Part shown: positions 1-10,191 of the stretch, in pieces
Position numbering within the stretch: position 1 is the first letter of the stretch
Layout: every line of letters starts with the position of its first letter
Source: an uncultured Gemmatimonadales bacterium
GTDB lineage: Bacteria; Gemmatimonadota; Gemmatimonadetes; Gemmatimonadales; Gemmatimonadaceae
Direction: 5' to 3'
NCBI GenBank assembly: GCA_963701965.1
Contig: OY969695.1
Span: forward strand, 3,328,001-3,392,000
DNA length: 64,000 bases
Notes under the pieces: model-generated
What the model was told of the DNA's origin: nothing
Databases searched by the model: none
Seen by the model: only the letters and a program-made list of their open reading frames with translations
Program-made: the position numbers and the translations under genes

Positions 1-179
1 AGTTCTGGCTCGAGGCGAAGAAACTCGGCGACCTCCGGCGAAACCCGTCCGTTCCGCTGGACAGCGTTTTGACCGATAAGGCCGGTACGGCGTTCTATGG
101 GGTGGGTGGTGGGAATTTCGGGAGCACGTTCTGCGCCCCGATCCCGCCGGAGGAGACGAGCGCCAACCCGAACTTCTAG
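1..179 (+). CDS. RagB/SusD-family nutrient-uptake lipoprotein, 3' fragment
   Basis: Frame 3 reads FWLEAKKLGDLRR...FCAPIPPEETSANPNF*, matching the SusD C-terminal pattern (F-x-E-x-R/K-x-x-DLRR ... PIP-x-x-E-x-x-x-NPN). Truncated by the window edge and absent from the ORF track. Confidence 0.75.
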   Translation, partial: FWLEAKKLGDLRRNPSVPLDSVLTDKAGTAFYGVGGGNFGSTFCAPIPPEETSANPNF

Positions 180-186
180 GCCCGTC

Positions 187-915
187 ATGCGACTCATCGA
201 CGCCTACGCCGTCGGGGCCACGACGGTCGCCCTCGTCCTCGCGGTCGTCGCGCTCCGGGAAGCGCGGCGATCGCGGTTCGATGCCCTCACGGTCGGCCGT
301 ATCAACGTCGTGGAGCCGAACGGCACGCTGCGCATGACGATCTCCAATCATGCGCAGCTGCCCGACCCCGTGATCGGCGGGAAATCGTACCCGCTCCGGA
401 CCGGCACCGGCGGCGCCGGCGCCGGCATCATCTTCTTCAACGATGAGGGCAACGAGAACGGCGGCCTCGTGTACACCGGCCGCACCACGCCGGCCGGTCC
501 CGAGGCCGGCGAGTCGTTGACGTTCGATCAGTTCAATCAGGACGAGACGATGACCCTTTCCTACGGCGAAGGAGAGCACCGGCGCACCGCCGGTCTCAGC
601 GTCGCCGATCGCCCGGAGGAGTCCATCCAGGCGTTCGCCGAGAGCGCCATGGTCTTCCATCGCCTGCCCGACGGTCCCGAGAAGAATCAGCGGATGCAGG
701 CATTTCAGGATCGCATGCGCGCCCTGGGGCAATACGGCGGAGCCAATCGCCTCTACGCCGGCAAAGGCGCGAACAAGGAGGCCGTGGTGTCGCTGGCCGA
801 CCCCAAAGGCCGGCCGCGCATTCGCATGCAGGTCGATTCGACCGGCGACCCCACGCTCGTGTTCCTCGATACGGCGGGTCGCGTGACCTATCAGGTGCCG
901 GCGAAGGGCAAATAG
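187..915 (+). CDS. Uncharacterised exported/membrane-anchored protein (paralog of 15277..15963)
   Basis: ATG at 187 just after the SusD stop; N-terminal hydrophobic helix; motifs RINVVEPNGTLRMTISN, FFNDEGNENGGL, LTFDQFNQD. Confidence 0.75.
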   Translation: MRLIDAYAVGATTVALVLAVVALREARRSRFDALTVGRINVVEPNGTLRMTISNHAQLPDPVIGGKSYPLRTGTGGAGAGIIFFNDEGNENGGLVYTGRTTPAGPEAGESLTFDQFNQDETMTLSYGEGEHRRTAGLSVADRPEESIQAFAESAMVFHRLPDGPEKNQRMQAFQDRMRALGQYGGANRLYAGKGANKEAVVSLADPKGRPRIRMQVDSTGDPTLVFLDTAGRVTYQVPAKGK

Positions 916-1895
916 CGCATGTGGCGCTCCAACCAGCGCCCGTAGAGCGCGATGCCGCCGCTCCCTGCCAGATACACCAGGCCGACGAACAAATAAGCCT
1001 CGGTCGAGAATCCCAGCCATAGGGGATCCTGCGCCGCCAGCCGCGACGTGTTCAGAAGATCGAACAGCCCGATGATCACGATCAGGCTCGTGTCCTGAAA
1101 AAACCCGACCGCGATCGAGATGAACGACGGGATCACCGTGCGGAGCGCTTCCGGCAGGATCACCAGGCGCATCGCCTGCCACCAGCTGAGGCCGAGCGCG
1201 AGCGCCGCTTCCAGGCGCCCCTTGGGAACGATCTGGAGCCCTGACCGCACGGCTTCGGCGAGATACGCCCCCGCGAAGACGATCACCGCCGCTTGGGCCA
1301 GGAACAGCTTGTCGATCGCGATGCCCGTTGGAAGCGCCAGCGGAAAGATGAGCACAGCCAGGTAGAGCACGGCGATCAAGGGGATGCCACGGACGACCTC
1401 CACGATCGTCGTCGCGATCGTACGGGCGACCCCGTCGCGCGAGCGACGGCCCAAGGCCAGCAGGATCCCCAGCGGGAACCCCAGTGCCAGGCCGATCGCG
1501 GTGATCATGATAGTCACCGGCAAGCCACCCCACTGCTGCGTCGGCACCGGCTCCAGTCCCGCCCCGCCGCCCAGCAACCAGAAGACCCCGGCGAGTCCGA
1601 CGCCCCACGCGACCAGCAGAGTCTTGCCCCAGTGGCGCGGCGCGCCACTGAAGGCGATGAGCAGCAGGAGGGCCACCGTGGCCAGTGCGGCGCGCCAATG
1701 CAGCCCTGGCGGGTAGAGGCCGTAGAGAATAAACGGCAACTTGTGGCCGATGAACGCCCAGCACGCCCCGTGGGCCGCCCGGCACGCCGCCGGCGTCCCC
1801 GTCCACGTCGCGTCGACGATCGCCCATCGCAGAAACGGGAACGCGACCGCCGCGGCGACAGCGATGACGACGGCCGTAACCACCCGCCGTCTCAT
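891..1895 (-). CDS. aapM: Amino-acid ABC transporter permease (AapM/BztC-like)
   Basis: GACWAFI, WGGL, VRGIPLI, AYLAEAVRSGLQ (EAA loop), FQDTSL. ATG at 1895 overlaps the upstream stop. Confidence 0.85.
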   Translation of the reverse strand: MRRRVVTAVVIAVAAAVAFPFLRWAIVDATWTGTPAACRAAHGACWAFIGHKLPFILYGLYPPGLHWRAALATVALLLLIAFSGAPRHWGKTLLVAWGVGLAGVFWLLGGGAGLEPVPTQQWGGLPVTIMITAIGLALGFPLGILLALGRRSRDGVARTIATTIVEVVRGIPLIAVLYLAVLIFPLALPTGIAIDKLFLAQAAVIVFAGAYLAEAVRSGLQIVPKGRLEAALALGLSWWQAMRLVILPEALRTVIPSFISIAVGFFQDTSLIVIIGLFDLLNTSRLAAQDPLWLGFSTEAYLFVGLVYLAGSGGIALYGRWLERHMRYLPFAGT

Positions 1896-2824
1896 CGGAG
1901 CAAGGCGCGGTTGTAGCGATTGAGCGCAGCCGCCACCGTGAGACTCAGGGTGAGATAGACCACGACCATGATCAGCATAGTCTCGATGCTGTGTCCGGTC
2001 TGGTTGCCCGTCGTATTGAGGACACTCACGATATCGGGAAACCCGATGGCGACCGCGAGACTCGAGTTCTTGATGAGGCTCACGCAGTTGGTCGCCAGGA
2101 GCGGCACCATGGCGCGGAGCGCCTGCGGGACGACGACCCATCGCACCGCCTGTCCACGCGAAAGCCCCAGCGCGTAGGCCGCATCGATCTGCCCCCGGGG
2201 GACGGCGAGGACGGCGCCGCGCACGACTTCGGAGATGTGCGCCGCGTGGTGCAGCACCAACGCGATGAGCAGCGCCGCGAACTCGGGCGAGAGCAGCACA
2301 CCACCGACGAAGTTGAACCCGGAGAGGTGCGGCACGTCGCCCGGCAGGGGCAACACCAATCCCCGGTCAGACAAGTAAATGCCCGGCGGCAACGCTATCG
2401 CGTGCCGCGCGTCGGGTAACCCATGCAGCAGCCCCGCGAGAAGCAATAGCAAAAGAAGAAGGGGCGTCCCGCGGAGGAGATCGACCAGCGCAGAGACGAG
2501 GGCGCGAAGCGCCCGAGTCTGAGAGAGACGAAGGATCCCCAGGACGAATCCGAACGTGACGGCGAGCATGCCGCCGAGCACCGCAACCCGCGCCGTGTTG
2601 GCCAGCCCCACGGCCAGCGCGCGGGCGACACTATCGGCCGGACTGTAGCGCAACCAGGCCGTGTCGCCGATCTCGAAGTTCGCCGGCTGCCGGAGAAAAT
2701 CGAAGCCGAGCGTGATGCCGCGCTGGTCGAGACTGACCAGCGTGTTGTGGCCGAGCCAGAGCAGAAGACCGACGATCGCCGCGAGGGCGAGACTATCGAA
2801 AAGGCGGCGAGTAGAGAAGGCCAC
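1892..2824 (-). CDS. aapQ: Amino-acid ABC transporter permease (AapQ/BztB-like)
   Basis: GFDFL..PANFEIG, GLANT, GFNFVGG...SPEFAAL, IKNSSLAVAIGFPD. Confidence 0.85.
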   Translation of the reverse strand: MAFSTRRLFDSLALAAIVGLLLWLGHNTLVSLDQRGITLGFDFLRQPANFEIGDTAWLRYSPADSVARALAVGLANTARVAVLGGMLAVTFGFVLGILRLSQTRALRALVSALVDLLRGTPLLLLLLLLAGLLHGLPDARHAIALPPGIYLSDRGLVLPLPGDVPHLSGFNFVGGVLLSPEFAALLIALVLHHAAHISEVVRGAVLAVPRGQIDAAYALGLSRGQAVRWVVVPQALRAMVPLLATNCVSLIKNSSLAVAIGFPDIVSVLNTTGNQTGHSIETMLIMVVVYLTLSLTVAAALNRYNRALLR

Positions 2825-3806
2825 CGTCGGTCCACAGCTTGTTCAACCCGCGGTCCATGCCCAGCGGCGTCTTCGGGCCCAGGTGACGCTCGAAGATCTC
2901 TCCGTAGTTGCCGACCTTGGTGATGACGTTGGCCGTCCAGTGCGGGTCCAGGCCGTACCCGTTGGTCACGCCCGGCTCGAGTCCCAGAAACCGCCGGAGC
3001 GCGGGATCGCTACTGGAATCGAACTGCGCCACGTTCTTCTGGGTGATACCCAGCTCCTCGGCCTCGATCGTGGCCCGGAAGACCCAGGTCACGGTCTCCA
3101 ACCATCGCCCGTCCCCCGCGCGCACCACCGCCGCAATGGGCTCCTTGGAGATGCGATCCGGTAGAATCACGTAGCCGCGGGGATCGGCGAGCATCGTCCG
3201 GGTCGTGGCCAGGCCGGCGCCATCCTGGCTGATCGCGTCACATCGGCCGCTGGCCAGCGCGCTGACGGCGGCGCGCAGATCTTCCATGACGACCGGGTGG
3301 AACGTGATGTGATTCCGGCGCGCGAAATCGGTGAGATTGAGCTCCGTCGTCGTGCCCTGCTGCACGCAGATCGTGGCGCCATCCAGCATGGCCGCTTTCG
3401 TCGCCTTGGACGTCTTCGGCACCATGAACCCTTGGCCGTCGTAGAAGTACACGGGGCCAAAGTGGAACGGCTGCTGCATGACGCGGCCGATCGTGAGCGA
3501 CGTGCCATTCGCCAGCACGTCGACTTCGCCGGACAGGAGACCCGAGAATCTTTGCTGTTGGGTGTATGGAATGAACCGCGCCTTGGCGGGATCGTTGAAC
3601 ACGGCGACCGCGATGGCCCGGCAGAAGTCCACGTCGAACCCCTGCCACTGCCCGGCGTCATCCGGCGTCGCGAACCCCGCGCCCGGCGTGATGCCGCAGG
3701 TCACCACTCCCCGGGCTTTGACCGCATCCAGCGTCGCCGGCGACTTGGCCGCCGTCCCCGCCGCACATCCCACCAACACCGCGACCACGCCGACGTATCG
3801 GATCAT
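2793..3806 (-). CDS. aapJ: Amino-acid ABC transporter substrate-binding lipoprotein (AapJ/BztA-like)
   Basis: Lipobox LVGC; TLDAVKARGVVTCG, GFDVDFCRAIA, YFYDGQGF, ISKEP, VGNYGEIFER, GGLLYSPPFR. Confidence 0.9.
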   Translation of the reverse strand: MIRYVGVVAVLVGCAAGTAAKSPATLDAVKARGVVTCGITPGAGFATPDDAGQWQGFDVDFCRAIAVAVFNDPAKARFIPYTQQQRFSGLLSGEVDVLANGTSLTIGRVMQQPFHFGPVYFYDGQGFMVPKTSKATKAAMLDGATICVQQGTTTELNLTDFARRNHITFHPVVMEDLRAAVSALASGRCDAISQDGAGLATTRTMLADPRGYVILPDRISKEPIAAVVRAGDGRWLETVTWVFRATIEAEELGITQKNVAQFDSSSDPALRRFLGLEPGVTNGYGLDPHWTANVITKVGNYGEIFERHLGPKTPLGMDRGLNKLWTDGGLLYSPPFR

Positions 3807-4969
3807 GCCAGCCGCTGCAACGCCGACGCGAGATCGGCAATGAGATCGTCCGGATCCTCGAGGCCGACGTGGAACCGCACGTAGGGCCCCTCCTCGGTCC
3901 ACGACGACGCCGTGCGGTGCCCTTTGGGATTCATCGGAATCGCCAGGCTCTCGAACCCGCCGAAGCTCACGCCCATGCGAAAGAGGCGCAGGCTGTCGAG
4001 CATGGCATCGATCTTGGCCTTGGGGACGGGATGGAAGACGACCCCAAAGAGCCCGCTCGCGCCCGTGAAGTCGCGCTTCCAGAGCGCGTGTCCGGGGTCG
4101 CTGGGCAGCGCCGGGTACACGACCCGCTTCACCTCGGGTCGTCCCGCCAACCACTCGGCGACCCGCAGCGCGTTGCGCTGGTGTCGCTCCAGGCGCAGCC
4201 CCAAGGTGCGCAGTCCCCGCAATGCGAGATAGGCGTCGTCGCCGTTCACGCAAAACCCCAACTCGGCCACCGCGGAGCGAACCCGCTCGTAGAGCGGCTC
4301 CGTGGTGGTGATCGTGCCCATCATGAGATCCGCGTGCCCGCCAATGTACTTGGTGACCGCTTGGATCGATACATCGACGCCGTGGGCGATGGCCGGGAAG
4401 AAGTACGGGCTGGCCCAGGTGTTGTCCATCAAGACGACGGCGCCAGCGGCGTGAGCCGCGGCCACGATCGCCGGCACATCCTGCACCTCGAACGTGACCG
4501 ATCCCGGCGACTCCACGAACACGACGCGGGTGTTGGCCCGCAGCAGCGACGCGATGCCGGCGCCGACGAGCGGATCATAGTACGTCGTCTCGACGCCAAA
4601 CCTCTTGAGGTGCAAGTCGCAGAATCGACGCGTGGACGCATAGGCGGTATCGACCATGAGCAGGTGGTCCCCGGCCTGGAGCGTCGCTTGGAGCGCGACC
4701 GTCGCCGCCGCGAGCCCGGACGGCAGCAGCATGGCCCGATAGCCGCCTTCCACCGCGGCGATCGCCTGCTCCAACGCGAACGTCGTCGGCGTGCCGAGCT
4801 GCCCATACCGCACGACGTCGAACCGGGTCCGCGGATCGCGCCCCTTCTCGTACTCGGCGACCGTCGGGAACACGATCGTCGAGGCGCGGTAGACCGGCGG
4901 GTTCACCGCGCCGTGGCGATCCTGTGGATCGCCTCCGGCGTGCGCCAAGAGCGTATCCAGTCGGGACAC
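3803..4969 (-). CDS. metC: Cystathionine beta-lyase (Cys/Met metabolism PLP enzyme)
   Basis: VNPPVYRASTI, YGQLGTPT, ESPGS.TFEVQD, DNTWA, AVTKYIGGHAD (PLP Lys), SFGGFESL, GLEDPDDLIADL. GTG start at 4969 inferred. Confidence 0.9.
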   Translation of the reverse strand: MSRLDTLLAHAGGDPQDRHGAVNPPVYRASTIVFPTVAEYEKGRDPRTRFDVVRYGQLGTPTTFALEQAIAAVEGGYRAMLLPSGLAAATVALQATLQAGDHLLMVDTAYASTRRFCDLHLKRFGVETTYYDPLVGAGIASLLRANTRVVFVESPGSVTFEVQDVPAIVAAAHAAGAVVLMDNTWASPYFFPAIAHGVDVSIQAVTKYIGGHADLMMGTITTTEPLYERVRSAVAELGFCVNGDDAYLALRGLRTLGLRLERHQRNALRVAEWLAGRPEVKRVVYPALPSDPGHALWKRDFTGASGLFGVVFHPVPKAKIDAMLDSLRLFRMGVSFGGFESLAIPMNPKGHRTASSWTEEGPYVRFHVGLEDPDDLIADLASALQRLA

Positions 4970-4971
4970 GG

Positions 4972-6363
4972 CTACCGCGCGCGCAGGCGCTCGAGCGTCC
5001 GATGCGCGGCCGCCGCGCTCGGGGCGCCGCGCGCGCCAAGCACGGCGGCGTAGTGCTTCCAACCCCAGATGTTGCCCGGCCGCCGGTCGGTGCGCTCGGC
5101 CAGGAGACTCGCGGCGACGTCCAGCCGCCGGGCGCGCCAGGCGGCGTCGATCAGCAGCTGGTCGAACAGGTCGCGCTGCGCATGACTGCCGCCAATGCGC
5201 CGGAACCGCGGGCGGACCGGCACGAGCAGATCCACGACATCGCCGTAGGCGCCCCGGCGGTGCGCCAGCACGGCCCGGGCCAGCGGCAGGCCCACATCCG
5301 CCATCACACTCGCTTCGGTTCCGCGGTCCCCCGCCGCGAACCGACCGCAGGACTCCACGAACCGGTCGATCGCGGTCGCGTCGTCGGTGGCCGCCAATGC
5401 CATGAGATAGTGGACGTCGGCGAACACCAGCGCGTGATCCTTCTCGTGGCCGCGGGCGCACGACCCCAGCTCGCGCCACCGCGTACCGACGTCGACCCCG
5501 CCCTGCTCCAGGCGCCATAGCAGAGACACCGCGTTCGTCACGTCCAGGTACTCGTCGGTCGACTGCTGGCGGACTTCGCGGTCGTACAGCTCGAGCACGC
5601 GGTCGAACTGTTCCAGGTCCAGATGAAACAATGCTTCGTGCCAGCGGAGGTGCAGCGCGAAGTTGTTGCAGCCGGTCCAGTGGTCCGACACCCGGTTGAT
5701 CCACGCCAGCCCGTCGCGCAGGCGTCCTTGCATCTCCGTCACGTGCGTCACGGCGTGTGCCGCCCAGATGTCGCTGGGCTCGAGCTCCACGGCCTGGCGG
5801 CCCAGCGCTTCGGCCTGGGTGTAGTCGCCCGACTCTTCCAGGCCGTACGCGTAGCACCCCAGGACGAAGTGATAGCCCGGCGTATCGGTGCTCCAGGCTG
5901 GAAGGACGCGCGCGACCGTGTCGCGCATGCGCTCGCTTTCGCCCAGATACGATAGGACGAACTGGGAGATGCGGAGCGCGAGGATGTCGCGCGGGTAGGC
6001 GTCGAGCAGGCTGTCCCAGTGCCGGGCCGCATCGCGCATGTCGCCCGCGGTCCAGGCCGAGAGTGCCGCGATGTGCAGCGCTTCGCGGCGGGTCCCCGGC
6101 TCCCGTGCGGCCGCCGCCGTGGCCCGGGCCAGGGCCGCGCCCGCGTCGGTGAACCCGTCCCGTTTACTGGCCGCCATGCGGAGGTAGCCGTCGAGGCAGT
6201 GCGCCAGGATGCAGTGCGGGTCGGCGGCCAGGAGATTGGCCAATAGCTCGCGCGTATTCGTGCGGGCGCCCAGGTAAGCGTGCACCGTGCCGTCGAGCTG
6301 CCGCACGATCTCCGGGCTCGCCCCCGCGACCGGTTGGTCCCGGGCATCGCGGAAAATCGGCAT
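4972..6363 (-). CDS. Tetratricopeptide repeat protein 38 (TTC38)-like protein
   Basis: YPRDILAL, AYGLEESG, WAAHAVTHVTEMQGR, HLRWHEAL, SLLWRL, IGGSHAQRDLF. Confidence 0.85.
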   Translation of the reverse strand: MPIFRDARDQPVAGASPEIVRQLDGTVHAYLGARTNTRELLANLLAADPHCILAHCLDGYLRMAASKRDGFTDAGAALARATAAAAREPGTRREALHIAALSAWTAGDMRDAARHWDSLLDAYPRDILALRISQFVLSYLGESERMRDTVARVLPAWSTDTPGYHFVLGCYAYGLEESGDYTQAEALGRQAVELEPSDIWAAHAVTHVTEMQGRLRDGLAWINRVSDHWTGCNNFALHLRWHEALFHLDLEQFDRVLELYDREVRQQSTDEYLDVTNAVSLLWRLEQGGVDVGTRWRELGSCARGHEKDHALVFADVHYLMALAATDDATAIDRFVESCGRFAAGDRGTEASVMADVGLPLARAVLAHRRGAYGDVVDLLVPVRPRFRRIGGSHAQRDLFDQLLIDAAWRARRLDVAASLLAERTDRRPGNIWGWKHYAAVLGARGAPSAAAAHRTLERLRAR

Positions 6364-7352
6364 CAGGCCGGATCCGTGATCCAGTACCGGACGATGGGGT
6401 CGCCGGTGTTGACGACTTTATGGGTCCAGATCAGTCCCGCCACACCGGCGCCTGGCGAGGAGAGCCGTTCGACGACTGTGCCAAACACATTGCAAATCTC
6501 GGCGATTTCCTGGCCTTTGGCTATTGTGTCGCCGATCGAGACCTTGAGGCGCAGCAAGCCGGCGCGCGTGGCGCGGATCACAATGCGATCGCGGGCCGCG
6601 ATCCGGGCGCCATTGGTCGGCGGGCCTCCGTCGATCATCCCCAAGTAGCGCATGACGTTGACGGCGCCGTCGACGTGCGTCCGGACGTCGGCTTCCTCGA
6701 GCGTGCCATTGCCGCCCGACTCGGCCAGGATCGACACCACACCATTGCGCGTGGCCGCGAAGTTGAGCGAACCCGGAAAGGGCGGGATGGTGCTGCCCGC
6801 GGTGGACAGCGAAATCAAGCGCGGCGTGAATGCCCGGGCCAACGCCTCGCCCTCGGCGTCGAGCGCCGGCTGGCCGGTCATCGAATAGCCGGCGAATGCG
6901 AGGAGGTCTTCGCCCAGGTCGCCGGCGTGGAAGTCAATGTGATACCGCGCTCTGCCAATGACCTCCTTGAGCAGCACATCGGCCAAAATCTCGGATGTCG
7001 AACCGTCGGCGCGGCCGGGCGCGATCTTATTGAGGTTGAGCCCGTCCAGTGGCGACACGAACCCCGTGCGCTGCTCGAACATGCGCATGTTCGTCACCGG
7101 GACGGCGATCACGGCGCCCCGGAGGGCCCGGGGGTCGAGCGTCTGCGCCAGCCGCATGACGGCGTCGATCGGCGCGTATTCCGTGGCGTGAACGCCCGCG
7201 GTGAAACAGAGCACGGGCCCGTCGTCGCGACCATTGATGATCACGAGCGGTACGCGGACGGGCCCGCCCGCGGTCTCACCGATTGTCAACCACCCTTCGG
7301 CCCGCGATCCGCTGTCGGCCGCGACCTCGCGTATCGCGAGCGGCGCCTTCAT
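6363..7352 (-). CDS. Succinylglutamate desuccinylase/aspartoacylase-family deacylase (M14-like)
   Basis: AGVHATE Zn motif, DGLNLNKIAPG..DGS, IDFHAG, catalytic E in AESGG, C-terminal barrel-sandwich hybrid domain. Confidence 0.88.
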   Translation of the reverse strand: MKAPLAIREVAADSGSRAEGWLTIGETAGGPVRVPLVIINGRDDGPVLCFTAGVHATEYAPIDAVMRLAQTLDPRALRGAVIAVPVTNMRMFEQRTGFVSPLDGLNLNKIAPGRADGSTSEILADVLLKEVIGRARYHIDFHAGDLGEDLLAFAGYSMTGQPALDAEGEALARAFTPRLISLSTAGSTIPPFPGSLNFAATRNGVVSILAESGGNGTLEEADVRTHVDGAVNVMRYLGMIDGGPPTNGARIAARDRIVIRATRAGLLRLKVSIGDTIAKGQEIAEICNVFGTVVERLSSPGAGVAGLIWTHKVVNTGDPIVRYWITDPA

Positions 7353-8521
7353 CCGGCGGGGTAGGCGTTGGCCAAGCGGCGCACGCCCTCGTCGATCTCG
7401 TCGTGCGTGGCGTGGCTGAACGCGACGCGGACGTGGTGTTTGGGATGGGGGACGTCGGTGCGGGCGAAAAACGCCCCGCCCGAGAGCACGCTGACGCCGC
7501 AGGCGCCGGCGCGCGCGGCCAGCGCCGCGCCATCGACATCGCTCGGCAGCGTGAGCCACACGTAGTAGCCACCCTCGGGAACGTGCATCGATGCCTCGGG
7601 CAAGTCGCGCTTGAGCGCCGCGACCATGCGGTCGCGGTGGCCGCGATACGTCTCCTGCACGCGCACGGTGTGCGCCTCCAAACGCCCCGCGGCGCAGAAC
7701 TCCAGGATCGTCCGCTGGGTCAGCGGACAGGAACCCGCGTCGGTCTTGAGCTGGGCCATCCGGGCCACGAAGATCGGGGGCGCCGCGGCCCAGCCCACCC
7801 GGAGCCCGGGCGCCATCAGCTTCGAGAAGGTGCCCAGCTGGACGACCACGTCATGCGTGTCGAGCGCCTTGAGCGATGGCACGGATGCGCCCTCGAACCG
7901 GACTTTTCGATACGGACTGTCTTCTATGATATAGATGCCGTGGCGAACGGCCAGCGCGATCAGCGCCTGGCGGCGCTCGACCGGCATGGTGATCCCGGTC
8001 GGGTTGTGAAAGTCCGGAACGTTGTAGATGAACTTGGGCGCCGGACGGCCCTCGCTGGCCAGGCGGTCGAGCAGCGCCGACAACTCGGCCACGTCGAGCC
8101 CCCCGTCGTCCTGCCCGATCTCGTGGAACGTGGCGCCGAAGCTCCGAATGATGGGGATGGCGCTGAAATACGTCGGCGCGGTGACGACGACGCTGTCGCC
8201 CTCATCGAGCAGCACGCGGCACATCAGCTCGATGGCGTGCTTGGCGCCGTTGGTGACGAGGATGTTTTCGGCCCGGACCCGCGCGCCATCGGCTTGCATG
8301 TATTCCGCGATCCACTGGCGCAGCTCGCCGAGCCCGGCCCGGGGCGCGTACTGCAGCGTCTCCGCGCGACAGTGGGAGAGGGCGGTGGCCGCCTCCCGGG
8401 TGAGGTCGGGGAGCACGCCGGGAAAGGCGTGGCCGGAATCGAACGAGATGGTGCCGGCGGGTGCCGGTGCTGCCATGGCCGACGACAGATGCGCCGCGCG
8501 CCGCGCCCAGGAAACGTGCAT
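7349..8521 (-). CDS. PLP-dependent aminotransferase class I/II (LysN/ARO8-like)
   Basis: ISFDSG, LQY, VTNGAK, PDFHNPTG, EDSPY, GTFSKLMAPGLRVGW. RBS GGAGG 9 nt upstream of ATG 8521. Confidence 0.9.
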   Translation of the reverse strand: MHVSWARRAAHLSSAMAAPAPAGTISFDSGHAFPGVLPDLTREAATALSHCRAETLQYAPRAGLGELRQWIAEYMQADGARVRAENILVTNGAKHAIELMCRVLLDEGDSVVVTAPTYFSAIPIIRSFGATFHEIGQDDGGLDVAELSALLDRLASEGRPAPKFIYNVPDFHNPTGITMPVERRQALIALAVRHGIYIIEDSPYRKVRFEGASVPSLKALDTHDVVVQLGTFSKLMAPGLRVGWAAAPPIFVARMAQLKTDAGSCPLTQRTILEFCAAGRLEAHTVRVQETYRGHRDRMVAALKRDLPEASMHVPEGGYYVWLTLPSDVDGAALAARAGACGVSVLSGGAFFARTDVPHPKHHVRVAFSHATHDEIDEGVRRLANAYPAG

Positions 8522-8541
8522 GCCCGAAGGCCTCCGTGGCA

Positions 8542-8579
8542 TTTGTACGGACAAAATAACGCGACGTATATGTACGGAC
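8542..8579. promoter_or_regulatory. Tandem candidate GntR/HutC-family operator
   Basis: TTTGTACGGACAAA palindrome at 8542-8555; second TGTACGGAC at 8571-8579; lies between the operon start and the GntR gene. Confidence 0.65.
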
Positions 8580-8610
8580 CTAATCCGCGTCGGTCAAGTA
8601 CGCCTACTGG

Positions 8611-9375
8611 CTAAACCTGCTGCCGGACGAGGCTCGTGACGTAGGTGAAACGGTCCGCGGGGTGGATGGCGCTGGAGAGCTCGATCAGCGTGCCGTCGGG
8701 TTGGTAATAGCGGCGCACGGCGCGCAGCGCCGGACTGCCGATCTGGGCGCGCAGGAGCCCGGCCTGCCGCTTACTCAGGCTCATGGCCTGGATGCTCTGT
8801 TCGATACGCGCGATGTGAATCCCGTACACTTGCTCCAGCATCGCCGAGATGGGACCGGCCACGGTGCCCAGCCGCTTTTCGATGTCGGGGAGGCCGGCGT
8901 CCACGTACGCGGTCGTCATGCAAATGGGGCGCGGATCGCTGGGGATCGTGCGGAGGCTCGTCACCTTGAGCCAGGCGTGGCCCTCGCGGCACTCCAGGAG
9001 TTGGGCCAGCGTCGCGTCGCAGATGACCCGTTTCTCGGCGATGATCTCGATCCGCGTCTCCTCGGCGTACTGGAGGAGATCGCTGATGGAGTTCGTCGGC
9101 TGCCGGTAGCTGACCGGCGACAGCTGGGCCACGACTTCGGTGCCGGTCCGGCGCCGCCGGGAGATGAGCCCCGCATCCCGCAGCAGCCGCAGCGCCTCCC
9201 GTACTGTCGACCGGCTGGCGTGATACTTGGCGCACAGCTCCAGCTCGGTCGGGAGCAACTCGCCGACCGGATACGTGCCGGCGCCGATCTTGGCGGTCAG
9301 CTCATTGGCGATGCGGCGATACCGCGGTCGCAACGCCGCCGTCCGCCGTCCGTCTCGCGCCGCGTTACGTGACAT
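8611..9375 (-). CDS. GntR-family regulator with UTRA domain (HutC subfamily)
   Basis: [38 protein letters not shown]-terminal ALRAVRRYY...[13 protein letters not shown]. Confidence 0.9.
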   Translation of the reverse strand: MSRNAARDGRRTAALRPRYRRIANELTAKIGAGTYPVGELLPTELELCAKYHASRSTVREALRLLRDAGLISRRRRTGTEVVAQLSPVSYRQPTNSISDLLQYAEETRIEIIAEKRVICDATLAQLLECREGHAWLKVTSLRTIPSDPRPICMTTAYVDAGLPDIEKRLGTVAGPISAMLEQVYGIHIARIEQSIQAMSLSKRQAGLLRAQIGSPALRAVRRYYQPDGTLIELSSAIHPADRFTYVTSLVRQQV

Positions 9376-10166
9376 CGTGTTGCAGAATCTTCGCGACGCT
9401 TTGCGTCGCAAGATCCTTCTTCGGTTGGACCGATCCTGGCTTCGCCAGGATCTTGGAGAGAAATTCGCGGGCCCGCGCGCTGTGCGGTTCCGTAAAGAAC
9501 GCATTGGTATCGCGATCCTCGACAATCCGCCCGTGGTCGATGAACAGGATACGGTCCGCCACCTGCCGTGCGAATGCCATTCTCGTGCGTCACCACCAGC
9601 ATCGTCATGCCCTCCGCCGCTAGCGCGACCATGACATCGAGGACTTCGCTGATCATCTCCGGGTCGAGCGCCGACGTCGGCTCGTCGAACAACATTGCCT
9701 TGGGATCCATGGCCAGCGCCCGGGCGATCGCGATCCGTTGCTGTTGTCCCCCGGAGAGCGCCGCCGAATATTTCCGCGCTTGATCCGCGAGGCCGACCCG
9801 CTCCAACAGCGCCATCGATCGCGCCGTGGCCGTGCGCTCATCCCGCCGCAACACCCGCATCTGCGCCAGATTCAAGTTGTCGAGCACCGTCCGATGGGGA
9901 AAGAGCTCAAAACTCTGGAATACCATCCCGATCCGCGCGCGCAGCGCCTGGAGATCGGTGCCCGGCGCACACACCGAGACGCCGTCCACCAAAATGTCGC
10001 CCGAGTCGATGCTTTCGAGCCTGTTGATGCACCGAATGAGCGTGCTTTTGCCCGATCCCGATGGTCCGCAAATCACGACCACCGATCCCTTCGCGACCGT
10101 CGTCGAGCACCCGTCGAGCACACGAAAGTCGCCATACGACTTCGTGATGTCCCGGATTTCGATCAT
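9365..10166 (-). CDS. Polar amino-acid ABC ATPase (GltL/AapP-like), frameshifted near 9581
   Basis: [28 protein letters not shown]. After VVTHE an extra A (cac gag A atg gca) shifts the frame; [13 protein letters not shown] continues in ORF 9365..9580. Confidence 0.88.
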
Positions 10167-10191
10167 CGGGAGGGCGGACGGTGTGAGCAGA

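Noticed and set aside
9365..9465. Duplicated-looking ATPase tail (SKIL...AKILQH)
   Set aside because: Similarity is only a few codons and cannot be separated from chance.
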